NCBI GenBank assembly: GCA_950097015.1
Contig: CATNEN010000039.1
Span: forward strand, 9,238,001-9,302,000
Length of the DNA: 64,000 bases
DNA from: Macrostomum hystrix
Lineage: Eukaryota > Animalia > Platyhelminthes
Direction: 5' to 3'
In this document: positions 51,672 through 63,637 of the stretch, piece after piece
Layout of the letters: every line of letters starts with the position of its first letter
Position numbering within the stretch: the first letter of the stretch is position 1
The notes under the pieces: model-generated
What the model saw: the letters and a program-made list of their open reading frames with translations, nothing else
Databases searched by the model: none
What the model was told of the DNA's origin: nothing
Translations under genes and position numbers: made by a program

Positions 51672-52245
51672 AATGAGTCAGTGCTCACTAGCTACCGTCA
51701 GTAGGCTGATGCGAGTATCATCAATGAGTCAGTAGTGCTCACTAGCTACCGTCAGTAGGCTGATGCGAGTATCATCAATGAGTCAGTAGTGCTCACTAGC
51801 TACCGTCAGTAGGCTGATGCGAGTATCATCAATGAGTCAGTAGTGCTCACTAGCTACCGTCAGTAGGCTGATGCGAGTATCATCAATGAGTCAGTAGTGC
51901 TCACTAGCTACCGTCAGTAGGCTGATGCGAGTATCATCAATGAGTCAGTAGTGCTCACTAGCTACCGTCAGTAGGCTGATGCGAGTATCATCAATGAGTC
52001 AGTAGTGCTCACTAGCTACCGTCAGTAGGCTGATGCGAGTATCATCAATGAGTCAGTAGTGCTCACTAGCTACCGTCAGTAGGCTGATGCGAGTATCATC
52101 AATGAGTCAGTAGTGCTCACTAGCTACCGTCAGTAGGCTGATGCGAGTATCATCAATGAGTCAGTAGTGCTCACTAGCTACCGTCAGTAGGCAGTAGTAT
52201 CATCAATATGAGTTAGTGCTCACTAGCTACTGTCAGTAGGCTGAT
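51672..52245. repeat. 54-bp minisatellite (aatgagtcagtagtgctcactagctaccgtcagtaggctgatgcgagtatcatc), ~10 units
   Basis: Period measured from 51723 to 51777. Confidence 0.95.
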
Positions 52246-52680
52246 GTGGGCGTCAGTTACTGTAATCTAATGGCTAGTTCATGGTTTCTTTTGAGCCTAG
52301 ATATTTCTCGTTGTCATTCTAATACGGCCTATTCTTATGTTCACAGTGTGGTAATTTTGCCTTGCGAAGCTTGTTCGGCCGAAAATTCCACAGGTTCTTT
52401 CGTTTCTATTACTGCCTGTTCTTCGCTGTGTTAACGAAAAAAAATTCAGTTTACAAACCTGTAAAAAACTACTTGATAAAAAATAGAAGTCTGTTGTAAA
52501 AAATCCGCATCGTGAATTAATAGCTTTTTATGGTGGACCAGCATGTAATAATTTAATTTATGATGTAGTTTTCCGACTATTCATTTTTTATATGTTTTTA
52601 AGTAGAATTTTTTATATTCAGTGACTGACTTACTGACTGATAATAATCAATACACGTAGGATTATTACACTGCGCCCAAG

Positions 52681-52873
52681 CAATGTACGCTTGTATATCT
52701 GGGCCAATCAGAGCTCTGGAAATGTACGCTAGTATATATGGGCCAATCAGAGCTCTGGCAATGTACGCTAGTATGTATGGGCCAATCAGAGCTCTGGCAA
52801 TGTACGCTAGTATGTATGGGCCAATCAGAGCTCTGACAATGTACGCTCGTTTATATGTGGGCCAATCAGAGCG
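52681..52873. repeat. 39-bp tandem repeat x5, each with ggccaatcagagc
   Basis: Directly visible. Confidence 0.9.
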
Positions 52874-53165
52874 CAGCCAAAAATTGCCGCAATTAACTGG
52901 CTTTTATTCTAACCGTAGCACATTTTTGAGCCATAGACGATTTGTTAGCTATACATTTAATAAATTATATAGCATAAAGCATACAGTCAGATACGGTCTT
53001 TGAATTATGGGATACGAGCGTACAATAAGGGAAAAACATCTACAGTCCAAACACTTTAACTACGAGTATTTTATTCAACTCAGAAGTCAATGCAATAAAA
53101 TCACTTTTTATTTCACAAAAAGCCTCCAGAAACGACTTTTTGTTTTCGCATTTGCAAAATCAATT

Positions 53166-54226
53166 TTATTCCTGCTTTTCATTCTTACTGGACCTAACGC
53201 TTACAGTAAGAAGTCGAATAACAGACCACAGACCACAGAGTCCCCGCTGCTGAATGCGCGTCTCTGCATTGACAACTTCAACTTGCAACTCCTTTACGAA
53301 TTCGAAAGCACGGAGCCGCTGGTTGCGACTTGTCGAATTTGGCACAATCACTGTGAACCAACGGAAGCGCCATCAGTCTGCGAACCATTTTCTGAACATC
53401 TGAATCTGCAGTCCAAGACGCAAGTTTTGCAAAACAGGTTGAAGTGAAAGAGACAGCCTTTGATTGTCGGTGGTGGGTGAACTGGCCATTGTCCTGATAT
53501 GGCTGCAATACTGACGAGCTCAAAATCGGCCAAGAAGTGGTTGCACATTGGGTAGTGGCCAGTCAGTTGTCTGCAGGCATCATGCCAGGGGTTGCCACGG
53601 TCCAAGCACCTTGCCATGGATGATTGTCAGCATCTCAAATATATTCGTGACACAGTTGAAGGTACCGTCAATTTGAAGGCAATCAGTTTCTGCGATTACG
53701 CAGATCAGCTGGTTCCATGAAAACCCAACGATGCGATTCGGTGTGCCTCTATTGATGTCGTAAAACCCACAGAGATCACCGATCAGCTTGAGTATACCGG
53801 CATCCATAGCAATGGCCTGCCGGTATACTCGAGGCATTGGAGAGTTTGTTGTTTCACTCGTTCTTAATTAGCTGCTGCACCAACTTCATCCTCTGGGCTT
53901 TAGTTTCATCAATCGCATGACGATGCTCTCCACTCGTGTGCGACACATATCCACCCTCGACGATGGCCCTGGCATTGCAACCTTCGCGGCGACAATTTTT
54001 AAATGCTTTTGTTTCAGTCTTCTTATCAAGCCGGTACAATATCCAATAATTTGAAGCTATGCATATGAAACTACGAGTATGCAGAAGGAAGAATTCTTAA
54101 TTGAAACATTATTTTTCAAGCTAATGACTTCAAAACCACACTTGCAAAAGTGTCTATGGTCTAATATACAAGTGGTTATGAAATTAATTTCGGCGAAACG
54201 AGAACCGGCGAAACGAGAGGTACCCG
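53166..54226 (-). mobile_element. Decayed Mutator-like (MULE) DNA transposon: FLYWCH zinc finger plus MULE DDE fragments, one terminus
   Basis: YRLDKK...CRREGCNARA...GEHRH (FLYWCH-type), LQIDGTF..IHG, and ADFE...IKGCLFHF lie in different frames (frameshifts/stops). The terminus gggtacctctcgtttcgccggttctcgtttcgccg is at 54226-54191. Confidence 0.85.
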
Positions 54227-54430
54227 GCCAATCAAATGAACATTCATCTAGTCTATGGCCAAACCAACGCCCTGTCTTCAGTCGCGAGCACTTAAGCCAA
54301 TCAAATGAACATTCATCTAGTCTATGGCCAAACCAACGCCCTCTCTTCAGTCGTGAGCACTTAACTTAAGCCAATCAAACGAACAATTAATCTAGATACT
54401 GAAAACTTATAAATGTCTATGGCCGAACCA
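54227..54430. repeat. ~69-bp tandem repeat x2-3 (gccaatcaaatgaacattcatctagtctatggcc...)
   Basis: Directly visible. Confidence 0.85.
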
Positions 54431-55017
54431 ACCCCATCTACACAGTTTTAGTCCAAATTTAACCACCAGACCCCTAGAAAGAGCAAGGCGAACGCACAAA
54501 GAGTGGCAGCGAGCACAAAGCGGATGGCAGCGAGCCAGCAGGTCGAGGCGGGGAAAGCGACCCCAGTCAAGCGAGTGTATATTTGCAAGCAATGAATGGC
54601 AAATTGAAAGAAAAAATGAACGGTTAATATTAACAAAAAAAATTTTTTAGCGCACGCGTGCGGGGGCAGCGAGATTGAACGGCAGGACAGACAGAGGGGC
54701 GGCTTAAAAACCCCGCGCGCGCGCACAGGCGGAGGAAGGGGTGGGGGGTTAACACACTTTACCCAGAGAGCCCGCAGAGCAGGCCCTGAGTAAAGTACAC
54801 AATAAATGACGCTTCGCGCTCGCAGCCCACTTTCTGTGGATTTGTGCACTCTACTATTGTAATCACGATTGCTTTCGTGACTCTCATATACGATCGTGCC
54901 CATATTCAGCTAACAATGCTCGGACTGGGAGTGTTGGCGCTCGGACTGAGTCGGACTTCTTAACTCGAAGTCTGAAGTTGAAATCTTAACTTCAGAAAGC
55001 ACCAATTGATATAATAC

Positions 55018-56220
55018 TCAAGAAATAGTGACTTTTAAAGTGGAAAGGCAGTCTTGGTTGCAGCGCGGGCACACCCGCAGTCGCTCCATGCAGACGTTGC
55101 AGGCCACAAGGTGAGCACAAGGCAGGATGACCCGGTTCCTGATCCTCAGTTGGCAGACAATGCACTTTGAGCTGTCCCGCGGCTCTGTTGGGTCCACCGG
55201 CTGCTGTGTCGTGCTGGAGACTCGAGACTCAATTGGCTCCCCCGCAGTCCTGGCCGCTGGAGGACGCAACTTTCTCTGCTCGTTCGGCGATCTTAATTGG
55301 CGAAATTCGGTAGAATATTTATGGATTAAAATGCACTCACATGTACACTGAGGAATAGCATAGAGATCACTAATCTAGAATTCTAGAGTTCTAGATTACG
55401 CACTAGCTGTGAGTTCCATCTGAAAGTGTGCTCAAATAAAATTAACTCACCGCTGAGGTTCCGGCCACGATCCAATATCGTCGCCTCTGGTCTCATTGGG
55501 AGGCGGTGCATTGTCCTTAACCTGGCGGCTCGGGCCCTCAGTGACCAGCCGGAGCAGGTGGGTGATACTCCAGGGCATCACCGCCGGCAGGTTGTGAATT
55601 ACTTCAATGAGGTCACCAGGCCTCATCCTGGGAATGCCCGAATCGTTCCGCAAGATGAGAATTAGTACGGCCAGAGCTACTTGGTCGCGGGTGAAGCCGA
55701 AGGACTCCACAAAACTCACAATGGGGCGCTTGAGAGCAACTGAGAGCTCCTTGATAATCCGAGTGAATTCAGCTGTCGCCTGTTCAGAAATATTCCCTAT
55801 CGAGTCCTCTAAAAATCGATGCAGACGAAATAGAGCACAGCTTCGGTGTCGATGGTTCGAATGCCACTGCTCAGGCCGATTATTGCTCATCGCCTGCCTG
55901 TCAATTTTTGTTCCGCAGTGACAACATCTGGCGCCTTCGCTGCCGTTGCTATGGAATCCATTCTCCGCCCAAAAACGGCTTAACATTGAATCGGATTCCG
56001 GGTTTCGAGAGAATGACAGAAGACGGCTCTCGAAGCTGAGCATCTCCGGCTCAACTGAGCGGGCCAGGATCATGAGCATGCAGCCGATCAGAAAGATTCT
56101 TGCATTCCTGCCGCTGGATCTGAACAGCTCATTCAGCCTTCTCATCAAGTCAACAGAGAAAATGCTCGAGGTGGCCCGTCTTGACGCCAGGCTATTGCTG
56201 TCGAACGGCTCCTGTGACAT
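55018..56220 (-). CDS. IAP-like E3 ligase (BIR + UBA-like + RING); exons 56220-55451, 55291-55018
   Basis: BIR SFESRLLSF...AENGF...RCCHC-x17-H-x7-C; UBA-like PIVSFVESFGFTRDQVALAV; C-terminal RING CIVC...ILPCAHLVACNVC...CPRC. Intron cg|gtgagt...attaag|a keeps the frame. Confidence 0.85.
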
Positions 56221-57398
56221 CCTTCGATCCGTCGCTTGTGTACTTGTGCGAGTCTGCGAACGGATGCATGTGCTTTGGTGTTATCTCTGATCTGATCGAA
56301 ATTTGAAATTTGACATCTGCCTAACATGAGCAGCCCGAAGTTATTCCTATCCAGCGGGTCGACTGACCCCTTGGAAGTCAGACATTTTGAGACTTGGACG
56401 CGAAACGGCCTATTCGTGCAAAGAAGTTAAGAAGGCCGATTTTATATTATATTCTGACTCCGATTCAGAGATTCTGATATCTAGCTCCTTGCAAATGATA
56501 TGGGATCAGTTAGTGTCTATGGTACAAACCCGTAGCATGACTTGGCAAATCGTGCAAGGATTACAAGGCTGAATCATGCCTCAATCAGTTGACCAGGTTA
56601 CTCATACTTGTATATATTCGATTAATAAAAACTAAACCTAACCGGTTTGGCCAGTGACAGGGCCGCAACAATTGTGCACAGAGTGTGCCACTGTGCAGAG
56701 GGGCGAGTGGGTCAGCGGCTAGCGTCGCTGCCTCGCACTCCAATGGACGCTAGTTCGATTCTCCCTTCAAGTCACGATTAATTTCGGGACTTGTTGGTGG
56801 GTTTGGACAGTAGCGACCGGCGGAGGTGCACCATATTTCGTACAATCAAAGCTTGAAATAACAGCTTCGCTCCTACCTTCTGTGTGCCTGTTCTGCGTTG
56901 TGTGAGTTGTGTGCGTTGGCGCTGGGGCGTGAGGCCTTGGGGGGTGGCTGGGGGCGGGTGTACACCGCCGCGCGCTTTCTGGATTTCTGTCAGCGCGATT
57001 GGATAAGTGTACACTCATCACCCGCCCCCCTGAGGACTGATTTCTTATCAGCCTTCCCCCCCGGCTTGGTCTGCTCTGTGCGTGTGGGGCTGGGGTGGGG
57101 GGCACTGCTGCCTATTCTGGGTGCCTCCTGCCTCCCCGGCTGGTCTGTGCTGCTGTGTGTGGTGCCTGCTCAGGGGAGGCGCGGAGCGATGGGCGCTAAG
57201 CGCCTAGTTCACCGGTCTGGGGGCGTGCCGCTCCGTCGCTTGTGCGACAAGTGCCCCGGGCCCCCTGCAAATAGATAGAGCCACTGTGCAGTCTGGACAT
57301 TCTACTTTATCTGATGCTGGTACCAATTTTATTGATGTGTGAATTAAAGGAATCAACGAGTTTTGAAGGTTTGAAGGTTTTATATACTATGCAATAAT

Positions 57399-57649
57399 CA
57401 TAGGCGTAGGAATGATTAAAAAAGTGGGGGGGGCAAGGCCAAGGGGAGGATCCATTTCCCCGAAAAAAATCCCAAAAATGAGAATTGTTATTATTTCAAT
57501 ATTGCCCTTGCAGTAAAAAATAGTAAAAAATAAGCAAAAAGTCAACATTTTGCATTTAAAATGTGGGGGGCCAGATCTCATTACTGGCCCCCAACTTAAA
57601 AAGTGGGGGGGGCCATGGCCCCACTGTCCCCCCCGTTCCTACGCCTATG
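57399..57649. mobile_element. hAT-type MITE, 251 bp
   Basis: Perfect 14-bp TIR cataggcgtaggaa/ttcctacgcctatg; perfect 8-bp TSD gcaataat (57391-57398, 57650-57657). Confidence 0.93.
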
Positions 57650-58649
57650 GCAATAATAATTGTTTTGATAAAATGCAAAAAGAAATCTAATAAGGCCATA
57701 CCAGCCTTTTCCAGTACTTGCATCAATGCGTACAATATTAGCTCGCATTCCAAACCTTCCTTACATTTTCCTTGTTCAATCGCAAAGACAACTTGAAGTA
57801 TGGTTTCATCGTTTTTTGCCTGACTTGCTTTTTTGTTACGAGCGTAATAAGGTACTAAAATGTACAGTCTAACGTCTGAGGTAGACTCAATGTTCTTATC
57901 AAGTGTACTCAGGGGGTGAATGTACATTTATTTGTCGATGACGTTGAAAATGTACAATTGATTGCACATTGCACTGACTGAGCTCACGCGGACAACAAAG
58001 GGTTAGGCGATTGAAAAGAAGGCTAATCCTTGACAGTTCAAACCTTACTTTGTGCGTTTAAACTAAATAGAATCCAAATAGAACCTAAACAGGCTTTGAA
58101 GCTATCCGTGCACTCTAATAACTCTATGGCCAAACCAATGCAACTTACCAAAATGTACTTGATTTCCAATTCTTCCGAAATTTCTCCACAGCTTCAAGGT
58201 GGTCCCAACTAGCCGAATATAATAACACAAAAGCTTCAGGAACAATGGCGGGGATATTTAGTATTCAACTTAATTTCGCCTATCAAGGAATTGCCACAGC
58301 AGATCCGTGTCTTTTCCATGGTTAAGCCGTGGAATTGACGCTAATTAAGGAGCATTGATAGCAAGATGGATGGACAGCGTCTCATGTGTAAAGTAGAGTT
58401 AATCGTTATTCTATAGGGAACTTACTTTCATTTGCATCACGCGCTTCTCAATCTGTCAGGGAAAAGGCCACGATTTTTCAGATGAGCGGAAGAGCCTAAC
58501 CCACTAAACGGATTAGTGGGTCCGTGTTTCTCTGCTTCTCCGTTTCTCTGCCAAGTCGGAATTGCGAATTTCAATTATTTTAACTTTTTAACCCCATCTC
58601 CCTCCGCCCACTGAAGGCACTCTAATGCATTGAATTAACCGGACCCTCC

Positions 58650-59092
58650 TTAACTGTAGCACTACCCAGCCATTTTGCCGCCCGTTTTTATACCAATGGG
58701 GCCGAATTCCGCCCCCATGCAATTCCGCCCGCTGTTAGCATTCAACGCTGTTAGCTAACAGCGTTGAGTGGTGAGTCGTGACTGATTGGTTGACAGACTA
58801 GGCGATGGTGTACTGTGGTTGAGCTGTGCCTAATATTTAGGCTTGATCAGTGAAATTGGAGAAATTCGCGTAAGGGTGTCCATAGTGCAGTGGCCTTTGT
58901 CCAACAGTTGTAGCCCATGAAGGTCCAGCAAATCCGTCTAGATAAAGGTAGGTGACCACTGAAGATGGAGATGATGCAGGCACATTCGGGTGACATGCTG
59001 ATAGATTTTGAAGGCCTGGCAAGGCCGCACGGAGGCGAAATGCTAATTTGTTTATAGGGGTGTATGAAATACACTTGCGTTTATGAAAAAAA
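58650..59092. repeat. Dispersed repeat, copy 2 (inverted relative to 84-506)
   Basis: See copy 1. Contains the perfect palindrome tcaacgctgttagctaacagcgttga. Confidence 0.85.
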
Positions 59093-59195
59093 CTTGCCTA
59101 ATGTACGCTGTTGCTTATTGAATTAACAGACCTTCACAATAGCATGCAGCAGACTCGCGCAGCCCACCGCCAATGCACAGAGGCAACGGCCTCCT

Positions 59196-59688
59196 CCATT
59201 TAGCCAGTCACACAGACACCATTAAGCCAGTCACTCAGGCACCATTTAGCCAGTCACTCAGTCACCATTTAGCCAGTCTCTCAGACACCATTTAGCCAGT
59301 CACTCAGACACCATTTAGCCAGTCACTCAGACACCATTTAGCCAGTCACTCAGACACCATTAAGCCAGTCACTCAGGCACCATTTAGCCAGTCACTCAGT
59401 CACCATTTAGCCAGTCTCTCAGACACCATTTAGCCAGTCACTCAGACACCATTTAGCCAGTCACTCAGACACCATTTAGCCAGTCACTCAGGCACCATTT
59501 AGCCAGTCACTCAGACACCATTTAGCCAGTCACTCAGGCACCATTTAGCCAGTCTCTCAGACACCATTTAGCCAGTCACTCAGGCACAATTTAGCCAGTC
59601 ACTCAGACACCATTTAGCCAGTCACACAGACACCATTTAGCCAGTCAGTGAGGCACCATTTAGCCAGTCACTCAGACACCATTTAGCT
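59196..59688. repeat. 23-bp minisatellite (accatttagccagtcactcagac), ~21 units
   Basis: Directly visible. Confidence 0.95.
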
Positions 59689-60001
59689 ATTCAAGTCATC
59701 TTAACTTGTATTACTTATATAGAGTTCATAATGTTCATAATGATGCCACAAAAATTAACAATAGTATTGCGCACCATTATGAATTTTGATTAATTTAAAT
59801 TGTTTTATTCACCATTCCAACTGAATTCTCGGGTACAACCAGTTTCAATAACCAATGCTAATAAATAAATATGTTTATGTATTTTTCCGTTTCAGAGCCA
59901 ATAGTTTAAGATAGCTTTTTACGTATGTTGTCTTGATGTATTGATTTGTTCCTGTTGGACAAATAACTTTATTCAGAATCTCTCCGTTCGCGCGCCAGTC
60001 C

Positions 60002-60775
60002 TCAGTCGAACGGAGAGACACACTCCTCCAGGAAGCCGTTGAACAACGAGTTCGGCGACTTCTCGTCGTTAACCTTTCGTCCGGCGCCAGAGTTCAGTGT
60101 GGCGACAAACTCCTCGTTGCCGGAGTTGTTCGGCTCGGCTGTCTCCCAGATTCCGTTGGCACCGCTGGACATGTCGACGCTGGAGTTGCAGCTGATCCAC
60201 AGCCAGCCGCCGCTTGGCTCCACGCTGCCAGCGAGCTGCCATCCGCCCAGCAAAATCTTCTGCCAGCCGTTGACGCTGATCAGGCCAGTTATGTGCTGCA
60301 ACTCCCCAACGTCGGCAACATCTGCCATGATGACTAGCCCGGGCTCCGACTGCGAGATGGTGACGGCTGCGTTGACGTCCTTCACTCCGCCGTAGAGCTT
60401 GTAAAGCCTATCGCAATACCTGGAACCAAAGCCGGCGGGACAGGTGGAGCCGATTGCCAGCCCGGGAATCCTCTTCACGAAAAGCTGCTCCCGGCGAGAG
60501 CAGCTGCAGTCCCGGACACCGCGGCTGCACTGGTCGAACATCAGCAGCTGGCAGGCGGCGCCTCTCGGCATCCTGAAGCCGCGGCAGCGGATCATCACGC
60601 TGCACAGAAGGCCGCAGTGGCGCTCGGTTGCGGCCTCTGGATGCGTCTCAGTGAATTCCGGCTTGAAGCAGCTCAGGGCATTGTAGGCGACGAATTCAGC
60701 TGCCGAAGCGGCTGAGACAGCCAGCCCGGCCAAGACGACAACGACAAGCATCTGAGCGACTGTCATTGCTGGCAT
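60002..60775 (-). CDS. Secreted PAN/apple-like plus C-type lectin domain protein, single exon, 257 aa
   Basis: Signal peptide; CGLLCS..IRCRGF....CQL (PAN-like); CPAGF; LLGG...EPSGGWLW...WETAEPNNSGNEE...VND (CTLD with EPN). Confidence 0.8.
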   Translation of the reverse strand: MPAMTVAQMLVVVVLAGLAVSAASAAEFVAYNALSCFKPEFTETHPEAATERHCGLLCSVMIRCRGFRMPRGAACQLLMFDQCSRGVRDCSCSRREQLFVKRIPGLAIGSTCPAGFGSRYCDRLYKLYGGVKDVNAAVTISQSEPGLVIMADVADVGELQHITGLISVNGWQKILLGGWQLAGSVEPSGGWLWISCNSSVDMSSGANGIWETAEPNNSGNEEFVATLNSGAGRKVNDEKSPNSLFNGFLEECVSPFD

Positions 60776-61459
60776 TGTTTGTAGCTGGTGCTGCTGCGAA
60801 TTTTTATTGTCTGTTTAAATCGTCGCTTCACCGCGTCTGTTTGAGACGATGCAGGCTCGAAATGTTTTAACTGCCATTGTTTTTCTGCGCCCTATTCAAA
60901 GTGAATTTCCAACTCTTTTTGTTGTTTTCATTGTTTCTTTTTATTTTTTACCAGACAATATACAGGATTTAAATGTGATTTATTGCTCATGCATCAGACT
61001 AAAAAACACCCGCTTTTCAATAAAGCGATTGTACCTATTAATAGAGCCAGACACGAATTAGCCCCTAATCGGTGCAGCTTTTACACAATCGACGTTCACA
61101 GTTTCCATTCTTGTCAGAATTGTTTGTTTCTGCTGCTGAGTTGTATCAAACGTAAGTTACTTGTGTAATTTTGCCCCAATGGGGATCTTGGTGTACAGAC
61201 CGGATGTCTCAGAATGTATTCAAGCTCAGACTGACTATTTTTGTATTTAGTGAGAATTCAAATTCTCTTTGATTCGCAATCACGTATATTCGCAATCAGG
61301 GAAATTAATACTGACGAAATAAGTGTTCGTTTTTGTTTGTTTCAGGTGTGTTTTGTCCCTATGCATTGCACAACATTTTTTTGTCTGAATTGTAGTGCCC
61401 CTAAGGGGGGCTTAGTGTGCTAGTTAGTATACTAAAATCCTATAAAACAACAACAACCA

Positions 61460-61545
61460 AAATGAATGTAGCCTCGCCGGGGAATCGAGCCCAGGGACCT
61501 TGCCGAGAGAGGCAAGCGCGTTAACCGCTCTGCCACTCGCACTCT
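61460..61545 (-). mobile_element. SINE family 2 head only
   Basis: Reverse complement gtggcagagcggttaacgcgcttgcctct...gctcgattccccggcgaggc. Confidence 0.75.
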
Positions 61546-62521
61546 CAGTCTATTACAGTTCATTTTTGAGAAATCTCAGATTTTCAAGGGGCTATTTCAA
61601 ATACCTACTGCCTAATTCACGATAGCTCCCAAACAAAATGACCGATTGTCGTAAAAGTCCACCATATATGAATCAAAATTTTCCGCCTTTTACGATGAAC
61701 CCACTTTCAAAGCCGTCCGCTGTCAGCATCGTCGAGATATTCAGGGATTCTTGTCAAAGACTGCCAGTAACTGAACCACTGCTGTCAGTCAGTGTGAGTA
61801 GGTATTACAACAGACCGCTCACTGGGGGCAGAGTAAGAAGAAACGAAAGGAAAGCGACGTGTCCGAGAATGTGCTCACACGAGCTTAGAATCGCACTAAT
61901 TTGGAGAAGCCTAAGCTAGGCGTACTCAATCTTTCAAGACACGCATTGAGCTTGAGTAGCACCCTGGCTGACACTTCGCGAACAAACCCCCGAGCCCTGC
62001 GAACGCGTGCTGAGCAAGAGGCAGCCACTACTGTACATTACCAAGCAGTCCGATACTGCTAATTGGCCTGTGAGACTGCCCACCCACGCATATTGGACTC
62101 GAATAATATCTAAAGAAGAAGAGAAAGCAGTGGAAGGTAGCTTATTGCATGAGTAGCTGCTCTCATAGCTGGATAGTGCTCTAGGGCTTCATTGCTCTCT
62201 TTGACGGAATAAAAATAGAATAAGTAATAAGCATCACGGACCGGAACTATAACCTCATGAAGGCTTGGTAGCTGGAACCTTCCGCTGGAGCATGGCTGAA
62301 ATGACGGGTCCAACTTCTTACTATGTTAACGATAGGGTCGATCGTTCGCCAGTAAAACAGCAAGAGCAACACAGTCAGCCGGTGAGTTCATTTTTTAGAG
62401 TTTTTGTCTCTCGACCTCATAAAACAAGGCCGCTTATTCGTGAAGCAACTTTTGTGTTGAAGGGTACTTAAGTCCTAATATTGAAAGAATCAGCCAGAGA
62501 GGTTCAAATACAAATACCGTT

Positions 62522-62640
62522 CGTAGGCACACACTCACAAAGGGGTGCACATCTGCCCGGCCTGTCTAATTGTCAGGCAGTGCACACTCGCACCGTGCCT
62601 TGGGGGTTAATCCTCAATTGCACGAAAAGCCCCCAAGCCT
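62522..62640 (-). mobile_element. SINE family 2 body fragment, inverted relative to the adjacent full copy
   Basis: gtcaggcagtgcacact...gtgccttgg...aattgcacga.aagcccccaagcct pairs with 62760-62865. Confidence 0.75.
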
Positions 62641-62654
62641 ATGGGCGAAGTCCA

Positions 62655-62955
62655 GGGGGTCGGTGGCAGAGCGGTTAACGCGTTCGCCTCTTGTACTAAT
62701 GTCCCCAAGCTCGATTCCGCGGCGAGGCCGCATTCATTTGGGGCGCAGCCGCGTAGAGAAGGCTTTGGGGCTTGTCGTGCAATTTACGCCTTCGAGGGCC
62801 ATTCTCCAAGGCACAGTGGCAGTGTACACTGCCTGACGATGAGATGTGAGCGTGTGCCTGCGTACAGTATCTGAGTGCGTATGTGCTCAGGAGTCAGCAA
62901 AATGGGCAGAATCGCCTCTTGCTGGCCCACAGTCCTCCTGCAGTTATTATTTTTT
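62655..62955 (+). mobile_element. Near full-length SINE family 2
   Basis: A box tggcagagcgg, B-box-like gctcgattcc, body shared with 18846-19190, tail ctcctgcagttattatt. Confidence 0.85.
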
Positions 62956-63242
62956 TAATTATGCTTATTGACTCCAAAAATGGGCGGCCTCACCACGGAA
63001 GCGAGCTTAGGGAACTTAAGCCACAGGCTGTCTCAAAAATTAGTTTGTTTGTCACTTCAAAGTGGCCTTTACTGTATAATCCGCAGCAGCAGCATTTTAA
63101 GCAGAACCGCGGCCAGTTCTGCTGCTGCCTGTTTCGAGTCGCTAAGCGGCTGGGGGAGAGCAGCTGGCGGGCGGTCTTCGGCGACACGACTCTGCTCCAG
63201 GCTAATAAGAAATCTGTTGCAGCATCATCGGATGGCGCAGCT

Positions 63243-63637
63243 ATGGCCGATCGAGGAGACCTGGCAGCCAGGATTCCTATGTCACCGATGTTTCCGGCGT
63301 TCCAGCATCAGCAGCAGTCACCGCCGCCGCCGCCGCCTCGGGGGCCTTGCGGCTTGGTTGGCCTGGAGAACCAGGGCGCCACGTGCTATCTCAACTCGCT
63401 GATACAGGTGAGCCGAGATACTGACTCAATCAGGAAATCTCAACGAGTATATGCCGTGTAATTAAAAAAACTTTCCATTTTAAGGTGATCGCCGCATCGC
63501 CGGAGCTTCGTCGCGCAATATTCGCCGTCTCGCCGGAGCAGCTGGGCTTGGACGAGCATGGCTTCCCGCTAGCGACTGGCGCCGGCGAATCGAGCCTGCG
63601 TCGGATCCCCTACGAACTGCAGCGACTGCTGGCCAGG
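63243..63637 (+). CDS. USP40: Ubiquitin-specific protease USP40-like, exons 1-2 (63243-63407, 63485-63637); continues beyond the window
   Basis: Cys box GLENQGATCYLNSLIQ, then PELRRAIFAVSPEQLG...RRIPYELQRLLAR (cf. USP40 PEFREALFSLGPEELG...RIIPLQLQRLFAQ). Confidence 0.8.

Noticed and set aside
54430-57290. Single transposon or viral element carrying the IAP gene
   Set aside because: I found no matching TIR pair or TSD. The cag/ctg-type ends at ~54788 and ~56658 face away from the gene.
58499-58521. Hairpin acccactaa-acgga-ttagtgggt as a Helitron end or terminator
   Set aside because: No CTRR terminus or other support nearby.
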